64,000 nt of DNA, from NCBI GenBank assembly GCA_008632985.1, contig QPGO01000062.1, positions 62,001-126,000 on the forward strand, read 5' to 3'. Position numbers and translations under genes: made by a program. Under the pieces are notes generated by a model. The model did not search any database. It was given only the letters and a program-made list of their open reading frames with translations, and was not told the DNA's origin. Shown here piece after piece: positions 45,894 through 59,400 of the stretch. The stretch is from Psammoneis japonica. Taxonomy: Eukaryota. Each line of letters starts with the position of its first letter. The first letter of the stretch is position 1.

Positions 45894-47211
45894 ATGCGCA
45901 GCAATATGCACCTTTTCTCTCCTTCTCAGAGGCAAGAGATGATTGAGTGGCTTGCCCGGCCTCAAAACTCCGCCTTGCCTCCGACTGCGGCTGCTCTAGC
46001 TCTATCTCGTTATTCTCTACCGCCGTTGAGCTCTAGCAGTTTGCTACAACCTTCGCAGCAGCTCGCTTCGTCCTTGACAATGGTCCGTCGTTCATCCACG
46101 TTGGAGATCGAACGTGCTCTCCTCATGAGGAGAATCCGTGAACTTGATCAAGATCTCCTAAGATCATCAAGCCGACAGATGTCCTTTCCCACGACGACGC
46201 CACCGAGTATAACTACAAGGCGGGAAACATCGGTTTCTTCGCTCCTCAACAGCTCCACTACTCGTCGCCTTCTTGGCAATGTAGCAGCAAAGTCACGAGA
46301 GTTATATGAAACTCCACTTGTCAGCCGGAAAGCTCCTCCTCTCCGTCGTCAGAGCAGCATCTCGTCACAAGACAGCAGTGGTGACGACACGTCCACCCCG
46401 GGTGTAGGTTGGGACGTCATGTTCAAGGCTTTGGTGGCCTTTCGTGTCCGCCACGGACACACAATGGTAAAAGAGAAGGACGATCCGAAACTATCTAGAT
46501 GGGTGAGAAATCAGCGCAACCGCAGGAAGCAAGGCGCCATGAGTCGAGCCCGTGTAGATCGACTGGATAGTATCGGTTTTGTGTGGGAGGTTTTGAAGCA
46601 AGAATCGTGGGATGTCATGTATTCGAGACTGGTAGGTCTCATGGAAAGCTTATTGTGACGCTGTGCCTGACACTTTTCGCTAATCTTGCACACATTTTTC
46701 CTTCTTTGTTGCTCTAGGTGGAATACAAGAAGAAGCATGGGGACTGCCTTGTTCCACGGACATACAAGAGTGATCCCAAATTGGGCCGTTGGGTCGACAC
46801 ACAAAGGAATACGGAGGATATGAGACCAGACAGACTGAAGAAGCTGAATGATCTCGGCTTTGTCTGGCGCGTGCACCAGAAGTATTGGGATGACATGCTC
46901 TCTCGCTTGATCAAGTACAAAGAGAAGTATGGTGATTGCGCAGTTCCAATCATCTTCAAGGAGGATCCAAAATTGGGTAAGACCTACCGATTCGAGTTGC
47001 GGTTTCATCATTCATGCCCCGCATCTTCTTACACCTGTATTTTCGTTTGCCCCGTGCTTTCTTAGGGACTTGGGTTCATGTCCAGCGTTCGAGGCGCAAG
47101 TTATTGTCGGAGGAGCGCAGGGCAAGCCTCAACGAGGTTGGTTTTGTCTGGTGCATGTATGAGCGCACGGACATCAAGGATGATTTTCTAGAAGAATCTC
47201 ATCATGAATAA
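45894..47211 (+). CDS. Helicase-associated (HA) domain repeat protein; exons 45894-46631, 46718-46976, 47066-47211
   Basis: Three HA repeats W..M...L..(F/Y)...(H/Y)G...V....KLxxWVxxQR...LxxxGFVW; GT-AG introns keep the frame. Confidence 0.88.
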
Positions 47212-47787
47212 GCAACGCAAAGTCAGGGTTATTGTGTTGCTGCACCACCATTCGATTTAATAATGCCATTTGATGACGATTCTACCATTGGTGTTTTCGT
47301 TTCAAGCTGTTTTCCTGTTCTGCGTTACTAGAAATAAAAACAGAGGGATCATGTAGACTCCAACCATCAAAGATTTTGTCGTCTTGTTCTCAGAACTTTC
47401 ATCTCGAACAATATCAGTGACATAGCAGTCCTGGCGGGGGATCTTGTTCGCACCTATCCGAGCCTTGAGAGCAGGATCGAAGGCAGGAGGAAAAAATGAG
47501 GACGACCGTTGAGATTGTATGCTGTCTCACATTTACTAAGAAATATTATTCTAATATGACTATATGTTCTTTAATGTCAATTTCAATAGAAATAACTATA
47601 TTAATGCCTGAAGTTTTTAATTTAGAAGAATGTTGAAGTTGCGGAACCCGGTTGGAACACGCGTTTTGTTCGAGTTCACGCAAGCCGCGAGAGAACACAA
47701 TGACAGAGTGAACCTGTACTTCTGAGCATCAACATTCAACAGCCTTACGGTTCCACCTCGTCGAACTTGCTCTCCACTGTTGCCATC

Positions 47788-49902
47788 ATGTCCGCTCCGA
47801 CCGTAACTGAAATTGCAAATTACGGCGGAACGCTCGAGGTCGATGGGAGTCCGCAGCAGCAAGATCCTGATTTACCCAATGAGAATCATCCCAAGATTCA
47901 GCAGAGTCATCCCGGAGAACACCACGGCGATTTCGGGCAGGAGGCGGTTAAGATTACGCAAAAGTGTTATCTCTATGTCTTTTGTGCTGCGTTGAATTCC
48001 TGCAATTTGGGGTTTGATATCGGAGTCTTCACAGTAGCCGGTCCGTTGATTCAAGAAACGTATGATCTTAGCGATACCAAGCTTGAGGTACTCATTGGAA
48101 GTCTCAACTTTTGGGCCATGTTTGGAGCTCTCTTCTCTCATTATGCATCTGATAAGTACGGAAGACGGAGATCATTTTTGGTTAGTCTCTTTTTTTGAAA
48201 GTCTGTGAGATTCTTGGCTAAATTTCTGGATTTCCTTAACGGACCCGTGTCTCTGTTTACGCCTTTTTTATTTTTAGGTTGCTGCCATTGGATTCATCAT
48301 TGGTGTCATTATCACATGCACGGCGCAGGGATATGGTCTGCTCATGTTTGGCCGAGTGTTTATTGGGCTCGGAGTCGGTTTTGGGCTCGCGGTAAGTGCT
48401 CTGCTGTGAATGTCTGGTTGGTTGGGCAGGAAAAAGGCTCTATAACGCTAACGATTCAATGATATTACGCATTGACAGATTGATCCGATGTACATTTCCG
48501 AAATTTCACCCGCCAGTCACCGTGGTGAACTTGTCACGTGGTCCGAATATGCCATCAATGTCGGTACGTGATCTTATGCTGCATTTTTAGTGGCACTGCC
48601 TATTGCTTTGGTGTTCTAACTCACCTTTTGTTTTGTCTCTTAGGCATTTTGTTGGGATTCATCATGGGTTTGCTCTTTGATGCCGTGGAAGCGTCCCTTG
48701 CTTGGCGTTTAATGATTGCACTGGGTGCTGTCTTGCCCAGCATTATGATTTATCTTTCCTTGTTTGTCATGCCTGAATCACCGAGGTGGCTTATTGCGAA
48801 TCTGCGCAGCGATGAAGCGAGGACCATTTTGCAAGATGTTTATCCGAGTGGTACGCAAAAGAAGAATGATCTGTGTATCTTGTGTCCTCTAGCGGCTCTT
48901 CATATCTCATACCGGTATTTCTTACGCTGTTGTTCTATCCAGGTTTTGATGTCACTCCCATTCTGGCCGACATTCATGACTCGATTGACCGTGAACGGAT
49001 TGCCGAAAAGGCCGTTGGCTGGGACGAAATATTCCATCCGACACCTGCGTTCCAAAGAATGCTCATGGTTGGTGTAGGAACAGCCATTGCACAGCAGGCT
49101 GTTGGTATTGATGCGGTGCAGTACTTTTTGGTTCGAATTCTTGATGACTCAGGCATTGAGTCGCGGACAAATCAGTCTCTTGTGTTGATATTGCTCGGAG
49201 TCGTCAAGATGGCTTGTGTCATTGTTGCTGCCAAGCTCTTTGATAGACGCGGGCGAAAACCGCTGTTCTTTTTTTCTCTTGCAGGTGTGTGGATCTGGAT
49301 TATTGTTTATTCCAATCCCATTTCGTTCTCACAACTTACATTGGAAACTCTTCTCCCTACGATGCTCTGCCTTATATCCGATAAAAGGAATGTTCATTTC
49401 TCTAGTGATTCTGGCCATTAACTTTATCGGAGCTGATTACAATGAAGGGTTCTCCATCTTTGGTTTGTCTCTCTATCTGGCCTTCTTCAGTCTTGGTATG
49501 GGACCTGGTGCGTGGCTCATCCCCGCTGAGGTCTTTTCCACCTGCATCCGTGCCAAGGCCATGAGCATCGCGACCTTTATGAACCGTGCCACGGCTACTC
49601 TCATGTCGGCGACAGCTCTGAGTACTGCCAATGCCATGACGTGGGCCGGGTTTTTCTTCCTTTTGGCTGGTATTTGTGTGATTGTGGCGGCTTTCTTTTA
49701 CGTGTTTTTGCCTGAAACCAAAAATCGTTCTCTGGAAGACATGGCGGTGTATTTTGCCGAAATCACCAATGACACTTCCGTTTTGGAGGCGGAAGCAAGG
49801 ATCATGAAAGAGCGAGAGGAGAGAGGTGGAGCCTCCGAGTCGCAGCAGGCTCCGCCATCGTACACGTCACCAGAGGCCACAGCCGATGGTGAATTCACCT
49901 AG
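47788..49902 (+). CDS. MFS sugar-porter (polyol/monosaccharide transporter-like), multi-exon
   Basis: NSCNLGFDIG, SDKYGRRRS, PESPRWL, QQAVGIDAV, DRRGRKPL, GPGAWLIPAEVF, LPETKNRSLEDM. Confidence 0.92.
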
Positions 49903-50149
49903 TACTCGACCAACGCCTCATCTAGAGAGAACAAGCGCTTGGGTTTTTGTCAGGAATAAATTGCGTAGGTAGGCAGAGTGAAGACAGTGCGCGGCAGAAT
50001 TATATTTTACTTAGACATCGGAAGAAAGTGAGTTTTACAATAATCTCTCAATGGCTAAATTGCGTTGACAGAAACATGCAGGACGTTGCTCTCAATATAG
50101 TAAATCGCCGTCAACCAAAGTCTCAGAACCCAGGATTAGCCACTTGGCC

Positions 50150-50750
50150 GCGCGGAGGGGCTAGTCGACGGAACATTGCTGGGTGCCTAACTACTAGAGG
50201 ACAGCTGATGGGCTTGTTGAAGGCACCGCAGACGGTTGAAGAGAAGGCACATCACTTGGGTGAGCGGACGGACTCGTCGACGGGACATTACTGGGTGTCG
50301 AACTCTGGAGAGCTCATGGACTTTTAGAGGGCACCGTAGACGGTTGAAGAGAAGGCACATAACTTGGTTGAGCCTAAGGACTAGTCTACGGGTTATTACT
50401 GGGTGCCGAACTCGGGACAGCTGATGGGTTTTTTGAAGGCACCGTAGACGGTTGCAGAGAAGGCACATCGCTTGGCTTAGCGGAGGTGCTAGTCGAGGGG
50501 ACATTACTGGGTGCCGAACTCGGGACAGTCATTGGGTTTGTTGAAGGCACAATAGAGGGCTGAAGAGAAGGCGTATCACTTGGCTGAGCGGATGAACCAG
50601 TCAACGGGATGCTACTGGGTGCCGAACTCGGGACAGTGATGGGTTTGTTGATGGCAACGTAGACGGTTGAAGAGAAGGCACATCACTTGGTTGCGCGGAG
50701 GGGCCAGTCGACGGGACATTGCTGGGTGCCGAACTTGGGACAGCTGGTGG
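50150..50750 (-). pseudogene. Frameshifted fragment of a PSxxPS-repeat gene related to 56416-64000
   Basis: [27 protein letters not shown] units spread over several frames. Confidence 0.65.
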
Positions 50751-50999
50751 GCAGCGCTTCCTGGTAATTGTTAAAGGACTGCTTTCCTGAATCGGACTTC
50801 CAGTATCCAAGGTGATGTTGGCTTTGCTGGGTCTATGGAATTCCCAGGAATTTAATAATGATTCAGTGAAATCGGCATCGATTATGATGCTTTCTTCCAC
50901 TGACAGATCTATGTATCGCCCAAGGCCGTCTGTACATCAAGCAACCCATCGAAAGAACAACGTGCTTATGTTCGTAGTATCGTCGTGACTTCTTGGATC

Positions 51000-53900
51000 A
51001 TTCTCGTCATCTGTGAGCACACAAAGAACAGTCATTGAATTGGTTGTTCCATCCATGCATGAGGATTGGGCAGACTGAGTTCAATGCAAAGCAGGAGCAG
51101 CATGTGAGGAACCATCACAACAGTGTCAAGAGTCGTGAGTGCCATGATTCACATTAACATTGCATTGTTGCCAATGTGGCCAGAGTGTGATTGCATCCTT
51201 CGGTCATTTGGTCAGTGTGCCAAACATCCCCATAGCACAAAAATGATCAAGTTGGGTGAACTCACTGTGGTTGCAAGCCAAGCTGTTTTGAGAGCCTGCT
51301 GCTCTTCTGGGGTGACAGCAGCATGAGATGAGATCATGAAGACATTGAAAGTGCCCTGTTCATGATTGATCATCGGTGGTGGTGAGTCAGGTTCCAGGTC
51401 ATCCAAAGCTGAGCAATCAACACCAGGGAACCACAAAGCTGCAACAGCACATGCACTGGCTGTTGGGAGTTCAGGGACATGTTCCTCTTTGTCTGGAGGA
51501 GGAGGGGGGAGAAGACATCATGTTCCATCAGGGCACATTAAAGCTGACAGGAGTTGAGGCATCATCCCGGCATGAAAATGATTTGAAACAAAGGGGCATC
51601 TGCATCTCAAAGGTGTTGGAGCCAGCTTCAACTTGCTGCTGCATGAAAACATCTGTGCCACCAATCAAAGCAATGCGCCCGCCCCTGATCTCACTCTGAG
51701 CTGCTTTGAGAGAGGAGCAGAGGCAAGCCACAGGACTGCCATGCTTGGTGTTGGAGATGAGATCATGCATGATTGAATGGCTCATCAGTCTTGAAAGCAA
51801 TGTCACACTTTTGGGTCCAATGTGGGCCACCACATCTTGCACTTGAGGGTCTTGATGAAACTTCTTGATGTGGGTTTCTTGTCATTCCTCAGCTGGAGCA
51901 GGTTTGCCACTCTGCACTCGCTGAAGACAAATGACATTTGGTCACATTTGGTCATGGGGGAGATTGTCCACGCACTCATCAAAACAGAAATGTGCACCTG
52001 TCTTGACAAGGCCAGATGCCAGATCACACCACATGATGATGTTCTTGGCAGCATCCGGCATGTGCCCTGAGATTTTACCTTGTCACGAAACTTTGTCAGG
52101 CACTTGATGTTCTTGCAAACCCAGACATGGCATCTGAACATGCAGAAACCAGCAAAATCCTTAACCTTTCTTGTGGCAAGAGCAACAGGCAACAGGAGAG
52201 ACATCTTCTTGATCTTTTGAAGGAATTGCATTCTTGATGTGGGTGCAACAATGGAAAGCACAAGGCCAAAACTTGATTGGCAAACCAGCTCCAATGAGCA
52301 TTGCTCAAACAGCGTTCTGCACTGCCAAGTGGCTGTGTTTGACAGGGCCATTCTGATTGGAGGCATCTGCTCCAGAAGGGCATGTGGTGCACCAAAGGTT
52401 GTGCTCAAAAAAGTCTTTGCACTGCTGAACTTCTGCACAACTCACCACCTTGATCCATGAGCACATGTGCATCTTGACAAGTGGAACCACAGAAACAATG
52501 AGTGCAGTGGTCATGGACAAGAGTCCAACAAGTCCTGCCATTGATGTCAACACAATCCACAACATGTTCTTCCTTCTTCAACTTGAGGACACTGGAGAAT
52601 GCAAAATCTGCCATGAGACCTTGGTGGGGTTGAGTTGCAATGCACATGGAGAATTGGGACCAGCAGGGCTCTTTTTCTGTTTTGCTTGGATGCAAGTGGG
52701 ACAAGCATTCAAGGGGAACTGCCGCAAGCACACGCAGGAACACCCTTGGTGCACTTGTGAGCATTGCACAAGTGGTGATTGCTGGGATGGCCAAGACGTT
52801 GATGTCAAAGCAAGTGTTCCGCATCAGCCTTGAGGGATTTGCTTGATCTCAGAGGCAGGTCTCAAAGCAAACATCTTGATGCACTTGGGGAACAAGCTTT
52901 TGTTGTTCCTTCAGAGTGTTTGCTTGATTCTCCTTGTGAATGTTGACAACACATGCCACCACCATGGTGTCAAATTCCTTGGCAAACTTGAGGTCTGCAA
53001 TCTTGAGATCCAATGTTGCTGCTTCAAGCAGCTTGTCCAACTCCAGTGGGATCAAGGGGTGGGCAAACCACTTGCTGTTGATGAGCTGGCCATGGACAAC
53101 AATGTCTTGAGCAGCACAGAGTTGATGTTTTGCAACACAATGGCGTGCACCTTTATCATGAAATTTCGCTGAACAACCCACCATGAAATCTTGCTTGCAT
53201 CCACTGTTGACCGCATGAAAAGTGCGTTCATCCACCAGAGTTGACTGGAGCTTGGGATGGCAGCATGCACAGAATGCATCATGCACTGCCAAGTGCCAGA
53301 TTGACCTTTTGGGGGGGACACGGGTTGTCAGGTGAAGAAGCCTGGCAGTGGTGGAGGTGTTGGCCACAGCAAAAGGAGACATGCTGGCACCAGCATCAAA
53401 CTGTGCACAACATTTGTTGGACAAAAAATTGACAGCATTGGCTTCAAAAATCTCACACTCAGCATCAAATGTGATGTTGTTGGGAGACATCCATTGTGGC
53501 ATGGATGGAGAGATGCAGATGGAGTTGAGCATGGCAAATCATGATTCCTCAGGACATTCAAAAAACTCCAACCCAAAAGGTTCAATGGGTTCTGTTTCAA
53601 TGCATTGCAGCCATTGCCACAGCATGAGGTCACAATGCAAGAATGAAGGTGACTGTTCTTGGGGAGCACAGCTGGGCATGGCAGGAGCTTGTGGATTGCA
53701 CGCAACACTGCAAGGCAATGAACATGCATGCGCTGTCAGAGATCATCAGAGCCAGTCTTTCCAACACTGAAGCCCAATTCACCACCACAGTTTTGCAGGA
53801 AATGGCACCACAAGGGGTGCACACAGCAGCCAGTCAGCCACATGCCTCTGAAAATTCAGGTGCCATTGGCACATGCCATGCGGCAAGTCGTCATGGCATG

Positions 53901-56085
53901 CACATGGCTCATGAAGGAGTGCCTTGTGATTTGGTGTTGGAACAAGCACAAAGAGTGATCCACCAGCCAATGTGAGGCATTCTGCACCATCCAAGTGGCA
54001 CAAACAGCTGCCATCACAAGGTGCAAGTGACTTCCAGAGGATCACTTTCTTGCAAATCTTGTGGTCAAAGCAATGACGGATGCCACATTTTGGTTGCACA
54101 TCTGCGCTGAACATGAAATTGGATTGTGTGGTTGCAGCAGAAGGTGCGGCACTCCCACTCCCACCTGACAGAGATCCTTTTGCAGCACAGCCATTGTCCA
54201 GTGTTCAGCGTCAATCAAATCAGAGATGTCAGCCAGCCCCAATCCCACCGCATGCGTGGACAATGCCAGTGAGGTTTTTGGCATGTGCTGGGGGGGGGGA
54301 TTGCAGACGTGTTCCAGTCCCAGGTGACGGACACAAAAAACGACAATCGATTTTGAACATAAATTGTGCATCCTGAGTGCACGCATTTTCATGCAAAACA
54401 CTTGAGCGGATTGGCTTTTACAGGCATGCAGTGCATGTAAATTTCAACAATTTTTAAGGGGGCACCAAAGTCCTCATGGGGCACGCATCACAAACTTCCT
54501 CAGTGGACTCAATGCTGATTGTAAGTCACCACATTTTATGCTGAGATTTGTTGGCAGGTAGAAAACCTGCCAAGCAGCATTGCAGAAAGATGTGTTTGGG
54601 TGACATCCAAATGACGGCAACAATTTTGCCGAAAGATCATCCGTTGTGTTACAATTCGCTCATCGCAATGAAAAACATAGACAGCACAATGACAATGACA
54701 TTGCAACACTCACACGAGTCAGTCTTGTGAGTGGAATTTGAACAAATCGACACTTTTGGTGGTGAAAAACCATTCGCACAAGTCAGAGACCGCGCAAAAA
54801 TCGCGCAAATGTCGTTTTTGTAATTGGCACGATTTGGGTCACGTGCGGCTGGAACACGTCTGCAGCAGAAAACTTGTTCCAGTCCTTGTGTGTGTGTTGC
54901 ATGTCCGGATCAAAGTGGAACGCCCAATGCCAACTTGGACAATCACCTTCAGGATGCAGGCCTTGAGAGCAGCTCCAATCTTTTGTGACCCACCATCTGT
55001 CTGGAGTGACAGGATGGAGCATCATTGCCAGCTGGAGACATGATCTGAGTGGGCAACTCATTGATGAGGGTTGCAGCCAGCAGTTTGTCTTTGGGGTCGC
55101 TGAGTTCCAGGAGAATCATGGCACATGCAAGAGGCCAACAACACCATCTTTTGACTCTGCATGACTGTCATCATAAAAAAACTCACCAAGCTCAACGATG
55201 AACTCAGGTGCTCAGCAGTGTTGCTGTGATGAGGGTGTGATTGGAGTGTTGTGGTGATCTCGGCAAGGGTGTCAACGATGGCATTTCTGGGAGCAAGGTT
55301 TGCCATGGTGAGATCTGTGCAACCATTTTGATCAAAAATCATGCAGAGTTGAGCACTGTCCTGTGGCCCAAAAATCTTCTTTGGTGCCATGAAATCCATT
55401 CCAGGATCAAAAATGGCGGCAAGCTCACCCAGCTTGCAAGCCAAACAAATTACAGTTGGATTTGCAGTGCAGTGGAATGATGGCCTGATGAGGCCACAGC
55501 CCAGCAGAAGAGGAACAGCTGAGAGCAACAGGCACAAGGGTCCTCCCCACAAAACTGGCAACAGTGACAACATGTGCACCAGTGAGAAAGAGTGACAGAG
55601 AAGCAGATCTCTCAGAAGATCTGCTCATGCATCTGAAGTGTCTGGCCATCATCCACACACAGTCTGACCGCACACAGCAGTCGGCCTGCTGACAGTGGAC
55701 AATGAATCAAGTGCTGCTTCATTTGCAACAAATGACGTGGTTTGCCATTTGTGTTGCATTGAGAATGCCAGATCAAGAAAATGTGATGCATGAAATTCAA
55801 AAATGTGTCTCTCAGACACAACAGCTCTGCTTCACATGAGAGATGCATTTTTCACAAAAACACATGCACTTCTGTGTGTCAATTCACACTCGACATTGTG
55901 CAATGGCATGTTTGCAAGTGGTTGCATGAACATTTGAGTGAAATCATCAATCGTGTTTGAAAAGTGCAATTCATCTAAACGCTCTTGCCATGCTGCTTGC
56001 AGCACTTCGTCTCCACGTGACACCACTTGCTCTGACAAGCGAATAAATCCCACCGGTTCCACAATGTTCTGGACAAATGATGGCT
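51000..56085 (-). mobile_element. Old retroelement relic, probably non-LTR (LINE-like); depleted of both TpA and CpG
   Basis: Composition shift with sharp edges. Minus-strand fragments KFRDKVK and HIGPKS...HDLI...SSLKAAQSEI resemble the region C-terminal to RT in diatom non-LTR elements. No intact RT motif seen. Confidence 0.45.
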
Positions 56086-56415
56086 AAAATGACGTTGAGC
56101 ACAATCAATCTCTATTGTTCAAAAATGCGAAAGAATAAATGCAAGAAATAGAAACCGAACCTGAGTGTCAGAATGCCACGAACGGAACTAATGGACACGA
56201 CAGACAGTCAGACCGTAGGAAATCGCTAGTATTTTCATTCGCTGCTGCAAATAGGCTCTTTAAATCTGTACTTTAATAAATCAGCGGAGCAACAAAATCA
56301 CTCGATTTTGACGAAGGTGTTGTAGAAGGCGCAAATGAGTGTGAACGAAACCATTTGTAAAATGTCTTGCTTCTTCTCTTAAATACAAAATCCAGAACTG
56401 CCCGGACGACATAAC

Positions 56416-59400
56416 TCAATTTTGTGGAGGACAATCTGCACTGGTGCAAGATCCCTGTCCCGAACATTGTGGTGCAGCACCACCACTGTCACCACAGCAA
56501 ACCTGACCAGTGGAAGAACAACCAGCACCATTTTCGCAACATTCATCTGGGTACTCTCCATTTGCGGAATTGCATGCAGATGGATCACAATTCACAGCAG
56601 GAGTTTGGCTCGGTGTCGTGGAGGGAGCCAAGGATGGCGAATTGGTGGGCTCTGCAGATGGCATTGTCGAAGGTACGTCACTAGGAGCAGCACTCGGGAC
56701 TGCAGATGGAGCAGTGGATGGCACCGTCGAAGGGGTGAGAGACGGGACATCACTTGGCTCGGCTGATGGTGTTCTTGAGGGAACGTCACTGGGAGCCGCA
56801 CTGGGGACTGTAGATGGAGCACCAGAGGGCACCGTCGAAGGGGTGAGAGACGGGACATCACTTGGCTCTGCTGATGGTCTTGTTGAGGGAACGTCGCTGG
56901 GAGCCGAGCTCGGGACTGTAGATGGCGCAGTAGAGGGCACCGTCGAAGGGGTGAGAGACGGAACATCACTTGGCCCTGCTGATGGTGCTGTTGTTGGAAC
57001 GTCACTGGGAGCCGCACTCGGCACTGTAGATGGAGCAGCAGAGGGCCCTGCCGAAGGGGTGAGAGACGGGACATCACTAGGCTCTGCTGATGGTGTGGCG
57101 GAAGGAACGTCACTGGGAGCGTAACTCGGGGTTGTAGATGGAGTAGTAGAGGGAACCGTCGAGGGGGTGAGTGACGGGAAATCACTTGGCTCTGCTGATG
57201 GCATTGTTGAAGGCTCGTCACTGGGAGCCGCACTTGGTAATACAGAGGGAGTAGCAGAAGGAACCGTCGAAGGGGTGAAGGACGGGACATCACTTGGGTC
57301 TGTAGATGGCATTGTTGAAGGCACGTCACTAGGAGCCACACTCGGGACTGTAGACGGAGTACTAGAGGGCATCGTCGAAGGGGTGGCAGACGGGATATCA
57401 CTTGGCTCTGCTGATGGTGTTGTTGAGGGAACGTCACTAGGAGCCGCACTCGGGACTGTAGATGGAGTAGTAGAGGGCACTGTCGAAGGGGTGAGAGACG
57501 GGACGTCACTTGGCTGTGTGGATGGCATTGTTGAAGGCACGTCACTAGGAGCCACACTCGGGACTGTAGACGGAGCAGCAGAGGGCACCGTCGAAGGGGT
57601 GAGAGACGGAACATCACTTGGTTCTGTAGATGGCATTGTTGATGGAACGTCACTGGGCGCCGCACTCGGGACTGTAGACGGAGCAGCAGAGGGCACCGTC
57701 GAAGGGGTGGTAGACGGAGCAGCAGAGGGCACCGTCGAAGGGGTGAGAGACGGGACATCGCTTGGCTCTGTAGATGGCATTGTTGAAGGCGCATCACTGG
57801 GATCCGAACTCGGGACTGCAGACGGAGTAGTAGAGGGAACCGTCGAAGGTGCGAGAGACGGGACATCGCTTGGCTCTGTCGATGGCATTGTTGACGGCAC
57901 GTCACTAGGAGCCGCACTCGGGACTGTAGACGGAGTAGCAGAGGGAACCGTCGAAGGGACGAGAGATGGAACATCGCTTGGCTCTGTAGATGGCATTGTT
58001 GAAGGCGCGTCACTGGGAGCCGCACTGGGGACTGTGGATGGAGCAGTAGAGGGCACCGTCGAAGGGGTGAGAGACGGGATATCACTTGGCACTGTTGATG
58101 GTGTTGCTGAAGGAATGTCGCTGGGAGCGGAACTCGGGATTGTAGATGGAGCAGTAGAGGGAACCGTCGAAGGAGCAGCACTCGGGACTGCAGATGGAGC
58201 AGTGGATGGCACCGTCGAAGGGGTGAGAGACGGGACATCACTTGGCTCGGCTGATGGTGTTCTTGAGGGAACGTCACTGGGAGCCGCACTGGGGACTGTA
58301 GATGGAGCACCAGAGGGCACCGTCGAAGGGGTGAAAGACGGGACATCACTTGGCTCTGCTGATGGTTTTGTTGAGGGAACGTCGCTGGGAGCCGAGCTCG
58401 GGACTGTAGATGGCGCAGTAGAGGGCACCGTCGAAGGGGTGAGAGACGGAACATCACTTGGCCCTGCTGATGGTGCTGTTGATGGAACGTCACTGGGAGC
58501 CGCACTCGGCACTGTAGATGGAGCAGCAGAGGGCCCTGCCGAAGGGGTGAAAGACGGGACATCACTTGGCTCTGCTGATGGTGTTGCGGAAGGCACGTAA
58601 CTAGGAGCCGCACTAGGGACTGTAGACGGAGCAGCAGAGGGAACCGTGGAAGGGGCGAGAGACGGGACATCGCTTGGCTCTGCTGATGGCATTGTTGATG
58701 GAACGTCACTGGGAGCCGCACTCGGCACTGTAGATGGAGCAGCAGAGGGCCCTGCCGAAGGGGTGAGAGACGGGACATTACTTGGCTCTGCTGATGGTGC
58801 TGTTGATGGAACGTCACTGGGAGCCGCACTCGGCACTGTAGATGGAGCAGCAGAGGGCCCTGCCGAAGGGGTGAGAGACGGGACATCACTTGGCTCTGCT
58901 GATGGTGTTGCTGAAGGAACGTCACTGGGAGCGAAACTCGGGACTGTAGATGGAGCAGCAGAGGGAACCGTCGAAGGGGTGAGAGACGGGACATTACTTG
59001 GCTCTGCTGATGGCAGTGTTGATGGAACGTCACTCGGAGCCGCACTCGGGACTGAAGACGGAGCAGCAGAGGGCACCGTCGAAGGGGTGAGAGACGGAAC
59101 ATCACTTGGTTCTGAAGATGGCAAGGTTGACGGAACGTCACTGGGCGCCGCACTCGGGACTGTAGACGGAGCAGCAGAGGGCACCGTCGAAGGGGTGAGA
59201 GACGGGACATCGCTTGGCTCTGTAGATGGCATTGTTGAAGGCGCGTCACTGGGATCCGAACTCGGGAGTGTAGAGGGAGTAGCAGAGGGCACCTTCGAAG
59301 GGGCGAGAGACGGGACTTCGCTTGGCTCTGTCGATGGCATCGTTGAAGGCACGTCACTAGGAGCCGCACTCGGGACTGTAGACGGAGCAGCAGAGGGAAC

